Shown: positions 7,185-15,346 of the stretch, one piece after another | Numbering within the stretch: the first letter of the stretch is position 1 | How the letters are laid out: every line of letters starts with the position of its first letter | Assembly: GCA_003162255.1 (NCBI GenBank) | Contig: PMMJ01000394.1 | Location: 6,290-46,874, forward strand | Length of the DNA stretch: 40,585 bases | Source: Acidobacteriaceae bacterium | GTDB taxonomy: Bacteria; Acidobacteriota; Terriglobia; Terriglobales; Acidobacteriaceae | Reading direction: 5' to 3' | The notes under the pieces: generated by a model | Told to the model about the DNA's origin: nothing | Database searches by the model: none | Seen by the model: the letters and a program-made list of their open reading frames with translations, nothing else | Position numbers and translations under genes: made by a program

Positions 7185-9314
7185 ATGGTTATGACTCTCA
7201 CTCCAAACCGATTCGCTAATAAGGCCGTAGCGCTACTGCTGGCGTTTGTGCTCCTGTGCCCCGCTTTGCCTTCGCAGCAGCAAACCGGATATGTGTTTCA
7301 CGCGGAATCGGATCTTGTGCTGGTGAACGTGACGGTGAGGGACAAGAGCGGAAAGTTTGTGCCGGGATTGAAGCCGGAAGATTTTACAATTCTCGAGGAC
7401 AACAAGCCGCAGAAGATTGTGTCCTTCGATGTAGAGAACGTCGATGCCGTGCCCGCTTCGGATGTGGCGCAGGCAAAGCCGCTGCTGGAGTCGCCATCTG
7501 GGCAGACAAGTCCGGCGGCTTCCGCGGCGGATTTGTCGGCCCAGTTCAAAGACCGGCGACTGATTGTTTTATTCTTCGATCTCTCGGCCATGGAACCGGA
7601 CGAAATTGACCGGGCGGTTACGTCCGCCGACCGCTATGTCGATACCCAAATGGCTCCCGCGGACCTGGTATCGATTGTTTCGCTGGGAAGTTCGCTGCTG
7701 GTGAATCAGGACTTCACTGCGGACCAGGCACTTCTAAAAAAACAGTTGCAGGCATTCAGTTCGGGCAGCGGCCAGGGCTTCGAAGAAGGCACCACGGGAA
7801 CGACCGAAGGGACGCCCGACACGGGGCAGCCATTTACCGCCGACGATACGGAATACAACATCTTCAATACCGACCGGCGGCTGGAAGCGTTGCGCTCGGT
7901 GGCGGAAAAGCTGGCGCACGTGCAGCAGAAGAAGTCGCTGATCTACTTTTCCAGCGGCATGGACCGCACCGGCATCGAGAATCAATCGGAACTGCGGGCG
8001 GCAGTGAACGCGGCGGTGCGCTCCAACCTGGCGATTTACACTATGGACATGCGCGGCCTGCAGGCGCTGGTGGCGGGCGGAGAAGCACAGAACGCCAGCC
8101 TCCGCGGCGTTTCGGCGTATTCGGGACAGGCGACGCTCAACACGTTGAACTCCAATTTCACCACGCAAGAGACGCTGGTGACGCTGGCCAGCGATACCGG
8201 CGGCCGTGCTTTTCTCGACTCTAACGACTTCAGCAAGATTTTCACGGGAGTGCAGCAAGATACGTCGACTTACTATCTGCTCGGCTATCACAGCACAAAT
8301 TCCGCGCGCGACGGCCGTTACCGTCACATCGTAGTAAAAAGCAACGCAAAGAGCGACTTGCATGATTTGAAGATCGATTACCGCCGCGGTTACTACGCGC
8401 CCGCGGATTATCAGCATTCGACCAAGGACGACAAGGAGCGGCAACTGGAGGAGGAACTTGCATCTGAGTTACCTGCCACCGATTTTCCACTGTATCTGGG
8501 CGTCGCCTACTTCCGGCTGGATGATAACAAGTTCTTCGTTCCCATCTCGCTGGTGGTGCCGGGCTCGCAAATTCCCTTCGTCCGCAGCAGCGACCGCGAC
8601 AAGGCAACGCTCGATGTGATTGGAATGGTGCTCGATAGCGAGCGCCAGCCCTTGAATAGAATTCGCGACACCGTGAAACTCGCCGTGAGCACATCGGCCG
8701 AAGTGCAAAAAAAGAATGTGCAGTATGACACGGGTATGAGCCTGCTGAGCGGCAAGTACCACCTGAAATTTGTGGTGCGCGAGAATCAGACGGGCAGCAT
8801 GGCGTCGTTCGAAACCGACATCGAAGTGCCGGAGTTGAAGGCATGGCCGCTGAAGATGAGTTCTGTGGTGCTCGCCAGCCAGATCGAAACGGCAAAGAAG
8901 ACCGCGAACCTGAACCCGTTGGTGCACGATGGTTCCGAGATCATTCCGAACATCACGCATGTTTTCTCGTCCGCGCAGCATCTCTTTCTTTACTATGAGG
9001 TGTACGATCCGACGCGATCGGCGGCCGCGGATTCCGCAAGGAACCAGGACAGCAAGCCCGGCATCCGGGTTTTGTCCAACGTCGCTTTCTTCCAGGGCAA
9101 AGTCAAAGCCTACGAGAGTTCTCTGGTGGAGTTGACGGAATTGAATGCGCGCGAGCGGAAGGCTGCCGTCTTCCAGTTAGACGTGCCTCTGACATCGCTC
9201 AAGCCCGGCTTTTATACCTGCCAGGTAAATGTGATCGATGACGCCGGCGGCCACTTCCTGTTTCCGCGGCTTGCCTTGCTCGTCCGGCAAGAGACTGCGA
9301 GCGCTGCGCGCTGA
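7185..9314 (+). CDS. VWA domain-containing protein (VWFA-related acidobacterial-type), secreted or anchored
   Basis: Hydrophobic N-terminus. FHAESDLVLVNVTVRDKSGKFVPGLKPEDFTILEDNKPQKIVSF resembles the N-terminal module of TIGR03436-type proteins. A VWA-like core follows (LIVLFFDLSAM...), then a roughly 330-aa C-terminal extension with two beta-sandwich-like halves. It starts 36 nt after the receptor gene. Confidence 0.75.
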   Translation: MVMTLTPNRFANKAVALLLAFVLLCPALPSQQQTGYVFHAESDLVLVNVTVRDKSGKFVPGLKPEDFTILEDNKPQKIVSFDVENVDAVPASDVAQAKPLLESPSGQTSPAASAADLSAQFKDRRLIVLFFDLSAMEPDEIDRAVTSADRYVDTQMAPADLVSIVSLGSSLLVNQDFTADQALLKKQLQAFSSGSGQGFEEGTTGTTEGTPDTGQPFTADDTEYNIFNTDRRLEALRSVAEKLAHVQQKKSLIYFSSGMDRTGIENQSELRAAVNAAVRSNLAIYTMDMRGLQALVAGGEAQNASLRGVSAYSGQATLNTLNSNFTTQETLVTLASDTGGRAFLDSNDFSKIFTGVQQDTSTYYLLGYHSTNSARDGRYRHIVVKSNAKSDLHDLKIDYRRGYYAPADYQHSTKDDKERQLEEELASELPATDFPLYLGVAYFRLDDNKFFVPISLVVPGSQIPFVRSSDRDKATLDVIGMVLDSERQPLNRIRDTVKLAVSTSAEVQKKNVQYDTGMSLLSGKYHLKFVVRENQTGSMASFETDIEVPELKAWPLKMSSVVLASQIETAKKTANLNPLVHDGSEIIPNITHVFSSAQHLFLYYEVYDPTRSAAADSARNQDSKPGIRVLSNVAFFQGKVKAYESSLVELTELNARERKAAVFQLDVPLTSLKPGFYTCQVNVIDDAGGHFLFPRLALLVRQETASAAR

Positions 9315-9372
9315 AAACGAATTAACTAGCTAAGTTGTCGTTTACCGGTCAAGCCAGCCGCCGTATCTGGAG

Positions 9373-12300
9373 CTAATTACTTTGTGTGTAACTCCCTTCC
9401 TTAACTCCAACCACATCTCCGTCGCGCTTCGCCTTTTCTGGCTTCGAGTCATGCAGATAATCGACGCGAAGGGTGAGAATCTCGAAGGGATGGATGGGCA
9501 CGGTCAGTTGATCGCCGGTAATGGTCAGCGGCGATCCCAGCGGCTGTTCGAGAAGGTTAGTTAAGATGGCGCCCGTGGCTCCCTTAGGTATGGTGAACGT
9601 CACGTTGCTGGACTTACCCGCCCACTCATACGCGTGAAAGATAAGACTGTCGCTGTCCTCCGCCTTCTTCATCGCCGTCAGCACGACATTCTCCGGCTGG
9701 ACCGACGCAAACGAATGCTCCAGAGGCAGCGAGCCGGCGTGTGCTGCAATCTGCATGGCTTGCAGTGGATAGTTGTACTCATAGCCATGCCGAACGGTAA
9801 GGGCCTGCTTCCAGTCGCCCGCGTGTGGATAAAGAGCGTAGCGGAAGTGATGGTGGCCGCGATCGGCCTCCGGATCCGGCCAAACCGGCGAACGCAGCAG
9901 CGTGAGGCGCAGCACATTGCCCTGATCGTCGTATCCAAACTTGGATTCATTGATCAGGCTGAAGCCATGCTGTCCGTCGCCAAGATCGGCCCAGCGTTGC
10001 GCAGGGACTTCGAACTGCGCCTTCTCCCAACTGTTGTTCCGCGTCGTGGGGCGTTCAATGCTGCCGAAAGGAATCTCGTATGTGGCCTGGTTGCTGGTTG
10101 CGGCCAGCGGAAAGGCGGCCTTCAGCAGAACGTGGGTCTCATGCCAGTCGATGTCGCTCACCACATCGACTTGATCGGCTCCGGCATACAAAGTGATGTC
10201 TTGGACGAACTTCGAGTTTTGCCAGACGCGCGATACGCGAATCACAGCGCGCAACGGACCCTTTTCGATCAGCTCCACTGAATCCACGGTATCGATCGGC
10301 GTCATGTGATCGAACGCGCCCGGGTCGATGTTCCACGCATCGTAATCCTTGGGGGTGTCCTTAAAGGTTTGCAGTTGGTTGCCGCAGGCGCCGGCGGCCA
10401 GCGACTCGAAGTTGGAGCGCTTGTCGAAGAGGCTGGTGATGCAGTCGGTCTTCGGATCCACCGTGACCCGCAGGTTCGCATTCTCCATGGTCAGGCCGCT
10501 GACCTTCAGATCGGTGGCCGCCGGCCTTGCGCCGGGAACGACATGAAGAGTGGTGTAGCCCATCGAGGGCACGTTCTTAACGTCCACCAGCAGGCGATAC
10601 GTTTTGGTCGCCTGGTCGCTGGCAAGAAGTTCCGAGGAAAGAACGCGCCCCTGCGGATCGAGGACCGACAACGGGCCCGCAATCGCGGAAGGCATCTGAA
10701 CTTCAAGCGTCACCCTACCGGAGCGCTGCCACGCCAGAGGATTGAAGACGAACACCGGAACTCCGCCAATCACGCGGGTATTCACGCGCGCCGCGAGGAC
10801 AGCCAATGCATTGCTGGAGATCTCATTCGTTGCCCATCGCACCTGGTCATAGTCGCGCTGCGCATCTTTGTAGATGATGCCGATGCCCGATCCGGCGCCC
10901 AGGTCGTGGAAATCGTTGAAGGTGATCTTCTTCCATGCCTCGGTCAGTGCATCGGCGGGGTACGGCTTTCCATCCAGCCACGCCAGGGAGGCGTACTTCT
11001 CGGCATTCAATGCCCACATGGAACTCTGGCGCATGTTGCGTTTGTGGTTGGCTTGCGTCGTCATTACGCCGCGATGGTATTCGAAGTAGAGTTCGCTCTT
11101 CCAAGTAGGAATACTGATCTTTCCTTCCGCCGGCGCGGGAGGCGGTGTGTAGCCCTTGGCAATCGAGTTATAGTTCCACTCCGTTGAATTGCTATCCACC
11201 TTACCGGCGACGTCATGAAAGTAGGCGGAGGCTGTGCCGAACCGCATCGGTGGCACGATTTTGTCGGGCTGCATCCAGTGCACGCCTTCGTCCAAAATCG
11301 CGCGGGTGGGGCCGCCGCCGTGATCGCCCACGCCATAGAGGTCCATCATTTCAGTCAATCCCGGCGCCTGCTTGCGCGCAGTTGCGAGATCATCCGCCAA
11401 GCGGACGGGATTCAGATCGGTGTGGACGTAGTCGTGGGGAAAGTAAGTGAGGACCTTGCTGCCGTCTGGCGATTCCCACCAGAACAGCTTAAAAGGCAGC
11501 TGGTTGGTGTCATTCCAAGCCATCTTCTGGGTGACAAAGTAATCCACACCGGACTTCTTATAGATCTGAGGTAACTGCCAGTTATAACCGAACGAGTCTG
11601 GGTTCCAGCCAATATGAACGTCGACGCCATACTCCTTCCGGAACCAACGCTTTCCGATCAGCAACGAACGCGCCGTGGATTCACCATCAGGGATGTTCAA
11701 GTCGGGTTCAACCCACATGCCGCCGACAATCTCCCATCGGCCCTCTTTGATCCGCCGCTTGATCTCCGCATTCATTTCTGGATATTTTTCGGCGATCCAC
11801 TCGTTGTACGCGGCGGCGGACTGGGTATAGGTATAGCCGGGGTACTCGTTCATCAATTGCAGGGCCGTGCCGAAAGTGCGCTTGACGACGTCGACGGTTT
11901 CGGTCCAGGGCCAGAGCCACGCCGCGTCGATATGGGCGTTGCCGGAAAGGTGCAGGGTGGCTTGCTGGAGCGTGGGCCGCAGCGCTTCAAGTTGTTCCTG
12001 TGCGTGCCGCAGCGAGGCGTCAAAGGCCTTTTGATCGCCCGTGTCGAGCGCCTTCAGATCCACCGTGCCGATGGCCTTTTCGAGCACGGCAGTGTCGGCA
12101 GCGACATTCCTGGACAGACTCGGAAGCAGGATGGCGGAAGTGAGAAACTCGATTCGCAAGTCGTCCGGATTGGGCCGGCTCTCGGAGAACTCGATCTTCT
12201 GCTCTGTCCCCCCGAAGGTCTTTTTGTCGACCGTGGGCAGAAGTTTGACCGCGACCAGCACGGTGTCGCCGGGCTTTGCATGATCGAAGAGAACGATGGG

Positions 12301-12765
12301 CTCAAGATCGTCGCCCATCGCCACGCGACGGCCATTCAAGTAGATGATCTCCGGCATGGGCCCGTTCGCGGAAGCGTGAAAGTTGAACCAGATTCTGGCG
12401 CCGGTGAGGTCGTATCCGTTCAGCGTGGGGGGCACGGCGATGGAGCGACGATACCAGACGGCGTCGGTCGCGGCCTCGGCGTTGGCGCCGACAATTGGCC
12501 AACTCGAGTCATCCAGATCGAGAGCTTCACCATGCGCAAGATTCCCCACATGCGTCTTCCATCCGTCCGCAGGCAGGGCGTCCAGACCCGACAGCCGCTG
12601 GATTGCCGACCGGGACTGGCTGGAGAGCGTGCTCACAATGCGTGCGGTTTCCTCGGCGGACTGTGCCTGGGCCGCTAACGGAAGAAGAAAAACAGCGATG
12701 ACCGCTGCACAAAGACCACATTTGGCAAAGCGCCACCACGAAAATACGCTACGTCGTTGCGTCAT
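9373..12765 (-). CDS. GH38 alpha-mannosidase, secreted or periplasmic
   Basis: The core (HIDAAWLWPW, GGMWVEPD, GWNPDSFGY) is typical of glycoside hydrolase family 38. It has a signal peptide and a roughly 270-aa N-terminal beta-sandwich-like extension. AAGGAG sits 7 nt upstream of the ATG. Confidence 0.9.
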   Translation of the reverse strand: MTQRRSVFSWWRFAKCGLCAAVIAVFLLPLAAQAQSAEETARIVSTLSSQSRSAIQRLSGLDALPADGWKTHVGNLAHGEALDLDDSSWPIVGANAEAATDAVWYRRSIAVPPTLNGYDLTGARIWFNFHASANGPMPEIIYLNGRRVAMGDDLEPIVLFDHAKPGDTVLVAVKLLPTVDKKTFGGTEQKIEFSESRPNPDDLRIEFLTSAILLPSLSRNVAADTAVLEKAIGTVDLKALDTGDQKAFDASLRHAQEQLEALRPTLQQATLHLSGNAHIDAAWLWPWTETVDVVKRTFGTALQLMNEYPGYTYTQSAAAYNEWIAEKYPEMNAEIKRRIKEGRWEIVGGMWVEPDLNIPDGESTARSLLIGKRWFRKEYGVDVHIGWNPDSFGYNWQLPQIYKKSGVDYFVTQKMAWNDTNQLPFKLFWWESPDGSKVLTYFPHDYVHTDLNPVRLADDLATARKQAPGLTEMMDLYGVGDHGGGPTRAILDEGVHWMQPDKIVPPMRFGTASAYFHDVAGKVDSNSTEWNYNSIAKGYTPPPAPAEGKISIPTWKSELYFEYHRGVMTTQANHKRNMRQSSMWALNAEKYASLAWLDGKPYPADALTEAWKKITFNDFHDLGAGSGIGIIYKDAQRDYDQVRWATNEISSNALAVLAARVNTRVIGGVPVFVFNPLAWQRSGRVTLEVQMPSAIAGPLSVLDPQGRVLSSELLASDQATKTYRLLVDVKNVPSMGYTTLHVVPGARPAATDLKVSGLTMENANLRVTVDPKTDCITSLFDKRSNFESLAAGACGNQLQTFKDTPKDYDAWNIDPGAFDHMTPIDTVDSVELIEKGPLRAVIRVSRVWQNSKFVQDITLYAGADQVDVVSDIDWHETHVLLKAAFPLAATSNQATYEIPFGSIERPTTRNNSWEKAQFEVPAQRWADLGDGQHGFSLINESKFGYDDQGNVLRLTLLRSPVWPDPEADRGHHHFRYALYPHAGDWKQALTVRHGYEYNYPLQAMQIAAHAGSLPLEHSFASVQPENVVLTAMKKAEDSDSLIFHAYEWAGKSSNVTFTIPKGATGAILTNLLEQPLGSPLTITGDQLTVPIHPFEILTLRVDYLHDSKPEKAKRDGDVVGVKEGSYTQSN

Positions 12766-13062
12766 TACGAATCTCCTTCGCCGCTAAAACGAACCTCCGA
12801 GTTTACACCTACCTCGCCGGTTCGCGACATTGTGAAATGACTTTCGTCTGGCGTCTTCCAGGTTTGCGTGGAGTTCCACGCGCCTGTTTCAGGGAGCCAA
12901 TTTCTTTGTGCGCACGTTGCAGCCGTCGAAGACCCTAAGCGGCAATTTACTGTTTTGCGGGCGCGCGGTAACTGAAAAGTGGGCTCCAGTTTCCGGGACG
13001 CTTGCTGAGCAAGGAATCGCGATCCAACGGCACGCCGCCTAAATAGACAACACAGACGCCGC

Positions 13063-14430
13063 TTACCGCGCGGATGTCCGCGTTCCGTCGAACAACTGGA
13101 ACTCCCGAATACGTGCCGTACCGGAAGCAGAGAGAAGATTGAGCCGCACGTGCTGCGTACTTATGCGAGGGAAGAGATCGATCTTCTTGTGACCAATCGT
13201 GGTTCCCGAACAGACCGTCTTCCACTTCGCGCCGACGACGACTTGGATGGCATACTTCTGCACCTTCTGTCCGTCCACTAGCCATTCCATGGTCAGAGCG
13301 CGGTCAAAACTAATGGGATGAGCAAAAACCAGGTCGATGGTCGCAGAATGGGATCTTTCTGGCGCCGACCACATTGTGTCGGGATCGGAATCAAGCGCCG
13401 CATGATATGCCGAGGCATTGGTGGCGCGAGCTGCAAGATTCTTCTCCGGCGCATAGATTGAGTTAACGGCCTCCCCGAATTCCTTGAGACGGCTCACGTC
13501 CGCATCGGGAAGCAGGCCGCGGTCGTCGGGCGCGAGCCCAATCATCAGTTGCGCTCCGCGACCCACGGTTTGGTGATAAATGTCCATAAGTTCACCGACG
13601 GACTTCAGACTGTTCTCGTCGTGGGGATGCCAGAACCAATGGTTCTTTCGCAGGGGAGTATCCGCTTCGGCGGGACGATAGCGGAGATAGCCGCGCAGAT
13701 CTAAAACATTCCAGTTTTCTTCAGGCGTCCCGCCGTCTTCATTTCCAACCCAGCGTATATCACCGTACTTAAGCAACGCCGCATCCGCAAAGATCAGGGT
13801 ATTCGGTTGATACACGCGGAGGTTATCGACGTAGCGATCGAAGTCGTACACGTGACCGGCGCTGCCCGCGCCATCCAGCCAGAACTCGACGAGTTCACCG
13901 TAAGTGGCGACTAACTCGTTTAGCTGAGCCAGGTAGTAACCGTCATAGGCGGCACTGTCCTGGTATGACGGCTCGTGGCGATCCCAGGGCGAAAGATAGA
14001 CACCGAACTTCAAGCCATACTTACGAGCGGCGGCTGCGACATCGCGGACCAGATCTCCCTGGCCTGCTTTCCAGGGACTGGACTTGATGCTGTATTGGCT
14101 CTTTGCGGTTGGCCACAGGCAGAAACCGTCGTGATGTTTAGCGACGAATACAACATACTTGACCCCAGCGGATTTGGCGGCCCGCATCCATTGCTCGGGG
14201 TCCACACTAGAAGGATTGAAAACCGACGGATCCGCTGTGCCGTCTCCCCACTCCCGATCCATAAACGTGTTCGGACCGAAATGAATGATGGCGCCGATCT
14301 CGAGATCCTGCCAGGCAATCTGTTGCGGAGTGGGTTTCACGTGCGTGAAGTTCTGTGCTAACGAGAACGTTGCCCACAGCATGATCATTGCGCAACCGAT
14401 AGTTTTGTGAAGGCCGGATGTATTTCTCAT
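13063..14430 (-). CDS. GH29 alpha-L-fucosidase with a C-terminal F5/8 type C (discoidin)-like domain
   Basis: Signal peptide present. HFGPNTF...KHHDGFCLWPT...YLSPWDRHE is typical of GH29. The C-terminal ~130 aa resemble a discoidin/CBM32-type domain. Confidence 0.9.
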   Translation of the reverse strand: MRNTSGLHKTIGCAMIMLWATFSLAQNFTHVKPTPQQIAWQDLEIGAIIHFGPNTFMDREWGDGTADPSVFNPSSVDPEQWMRAAKSAGVKYVVFVAKHHDGFCLWPTAKSQYSIKSSPWKAGQGDLVRDVAAAARKYGLKFGVYLSPWDRHEPSYQDSAAYDGYYLAQLNELVATYGELVEFWLDGAGSAGHVYDFDRYVDNLRVYQPNTLIFADAALLKYGDIRWVGNEDGGTPEENWNVLDLRGYLRYRPAEADTPLRKNHWFWHPHDENSLKSVGELMDIYHQTVGRGAQLMIGLAPDDRGLLPDADVSRLKEFGEAVNSIYAPEKNLAARATNASAYHAALDSDPDTMWSAPERSHSATIDLVFAHPISFDRALTMEWLVDGQKVQKYAIQVVVGAKWKTVCSGTTIGHKKIDLFPRISTQHVRLNLLSASGTARIREFQLFDGTRTSAR

Positions 14431-14452
14431 ACTCTCGGGGGTAAGAATAAGT

Positions 14453-15220
14453 TTAGTTCACACATTCATCATGAGAAACGTCGCTCAACAGACTTACTAG
14501 TTTCGCAACTTTCTCTTCAAATATATTGGATTGAAGACTGGAGCGAGCTGTGTCAGTGCCGCGAGAGAGTCCATTGCCGCCACTGGTTGAACCCGAACGA
14601 GAGGTTCCGACGGAGGTATGGATCTCTTGCGCCAATGTTGCCCGAACAATGCGCGCGATATTGCGGGAATTGACCCCGCCGCAAGGCATGAGGAGAATGC
14701 GCCCTTTTGCCGCTTGCACCAGTCGCGCCAGAGTTGAAAGCGCGTCCGTGGCGCGGGGCCGGCCTCCGGAAGTCAGAACGCGCGCTGCGCCGGCCTTGAT
14801 GACGTCCTCCAGTGAGATTTCCAGGTTCTCTGAACTATCGAATGCTCGATGGAAAGTTACCGGCAAAGGGTGCGCGAATTCTACCAGCATTTTCGTGCAC
14901 TCAATATCAATATGATTACTTTCAAGCAGTATGCCGAGTACTACGCCATCCATATTGAGCCGCTTGGCATTCTGGATATCGGTGCGCATAATCTCGAGTT
15001 CATGCGGGGAGTAACAAAAATCGCCGGCCCGCGGCCGAATCATGACATGAATGGGAATACTTACGTGGCGGCGAGCTTCTTGCATCAATCCAGCGCTGGG
15101 AGTTATCCCGCCGGACGATAAGTCGCTGCAGAGCTCAATGCGGTGCGCTCCGCCACGCTCCGCCGCAATAGCGCGATCCAGCGACTCAACGCAGACTTCG
15201 AGGACTAATCCGTTCGACAT
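14453..15220 (-). CDS. cutC: CutC-family (copper homeostasis protein CutC-like) TIM-barrel protein
   Basis: LEVCVESLDRAIAAERGGAHRIELCSDLSSGGITPSAG...IHVMIRPRAGDFCY matches the CutC family. The start is taken at the ATG at 15218-15220, because the longer ORF (to 15328) runs through the upstream hairpin. Confidence 0.8.
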   Translation of the reverse strand: MSNGLVLEVCVESLDRAIAAERGGAHRIELCSDLSSGGITPSAGLMQEARRHVSIPIHVMIRPRAGDFCYSPHELEIMRTDIQNAKRLNMDGVVLGILLESNHIDIECTKMLVEFAHPLPVTFHRAFDSSENLEISLEDVIKAGAARVLTSGGRPRATDALSTLARLVQAAKGRILLMPCGGVNSRNIARIVRATLAQEIHTSVGTSRSGSTSGGNGLSRGTDTARSSLQSNIFEEKVAKLVSLLSDVSHDECVN

Positions 15221-15306
15221 GGTGAAGTCCGAAGAGTTAGAACTGCGGGGGACAGGACACACTTGGTTTTTCCTCAAGCGCCGCCCCCCAGCTCCAGTTA
15301 CAAGCC

Positions 15307-15337
15307 GGGCCGCCATGCGTTTCCGCAATGGCGGCCC
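15307..15337 (-). terminator. Strong stem-loop directly after the receptor gene stop (candidate terminator or processing site)
   Basis: Minus-strand RNA GGGCCGCCAUUGCG-GAAA-CGCAUGGCGGCCC forms 13 bp with one bulged U and a GNRA tetraloop. It begins 10 nt after the TAG at 15347-15349. The downstream U-tract is weak (GGCUUGU). Confidence 0.45.
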
Positions 15338-15346
15338 GCCTAATTG

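Noticed and set aside
10306-12678. Two long plus-strand ORFs (293 aa and 354 aa).
   Set aside because: Both are antisense to the GH38 mannosidase gene. Their composition is Arg/Gly-rich and low in information, and the minus strand has unambiguous GH38 motifs.
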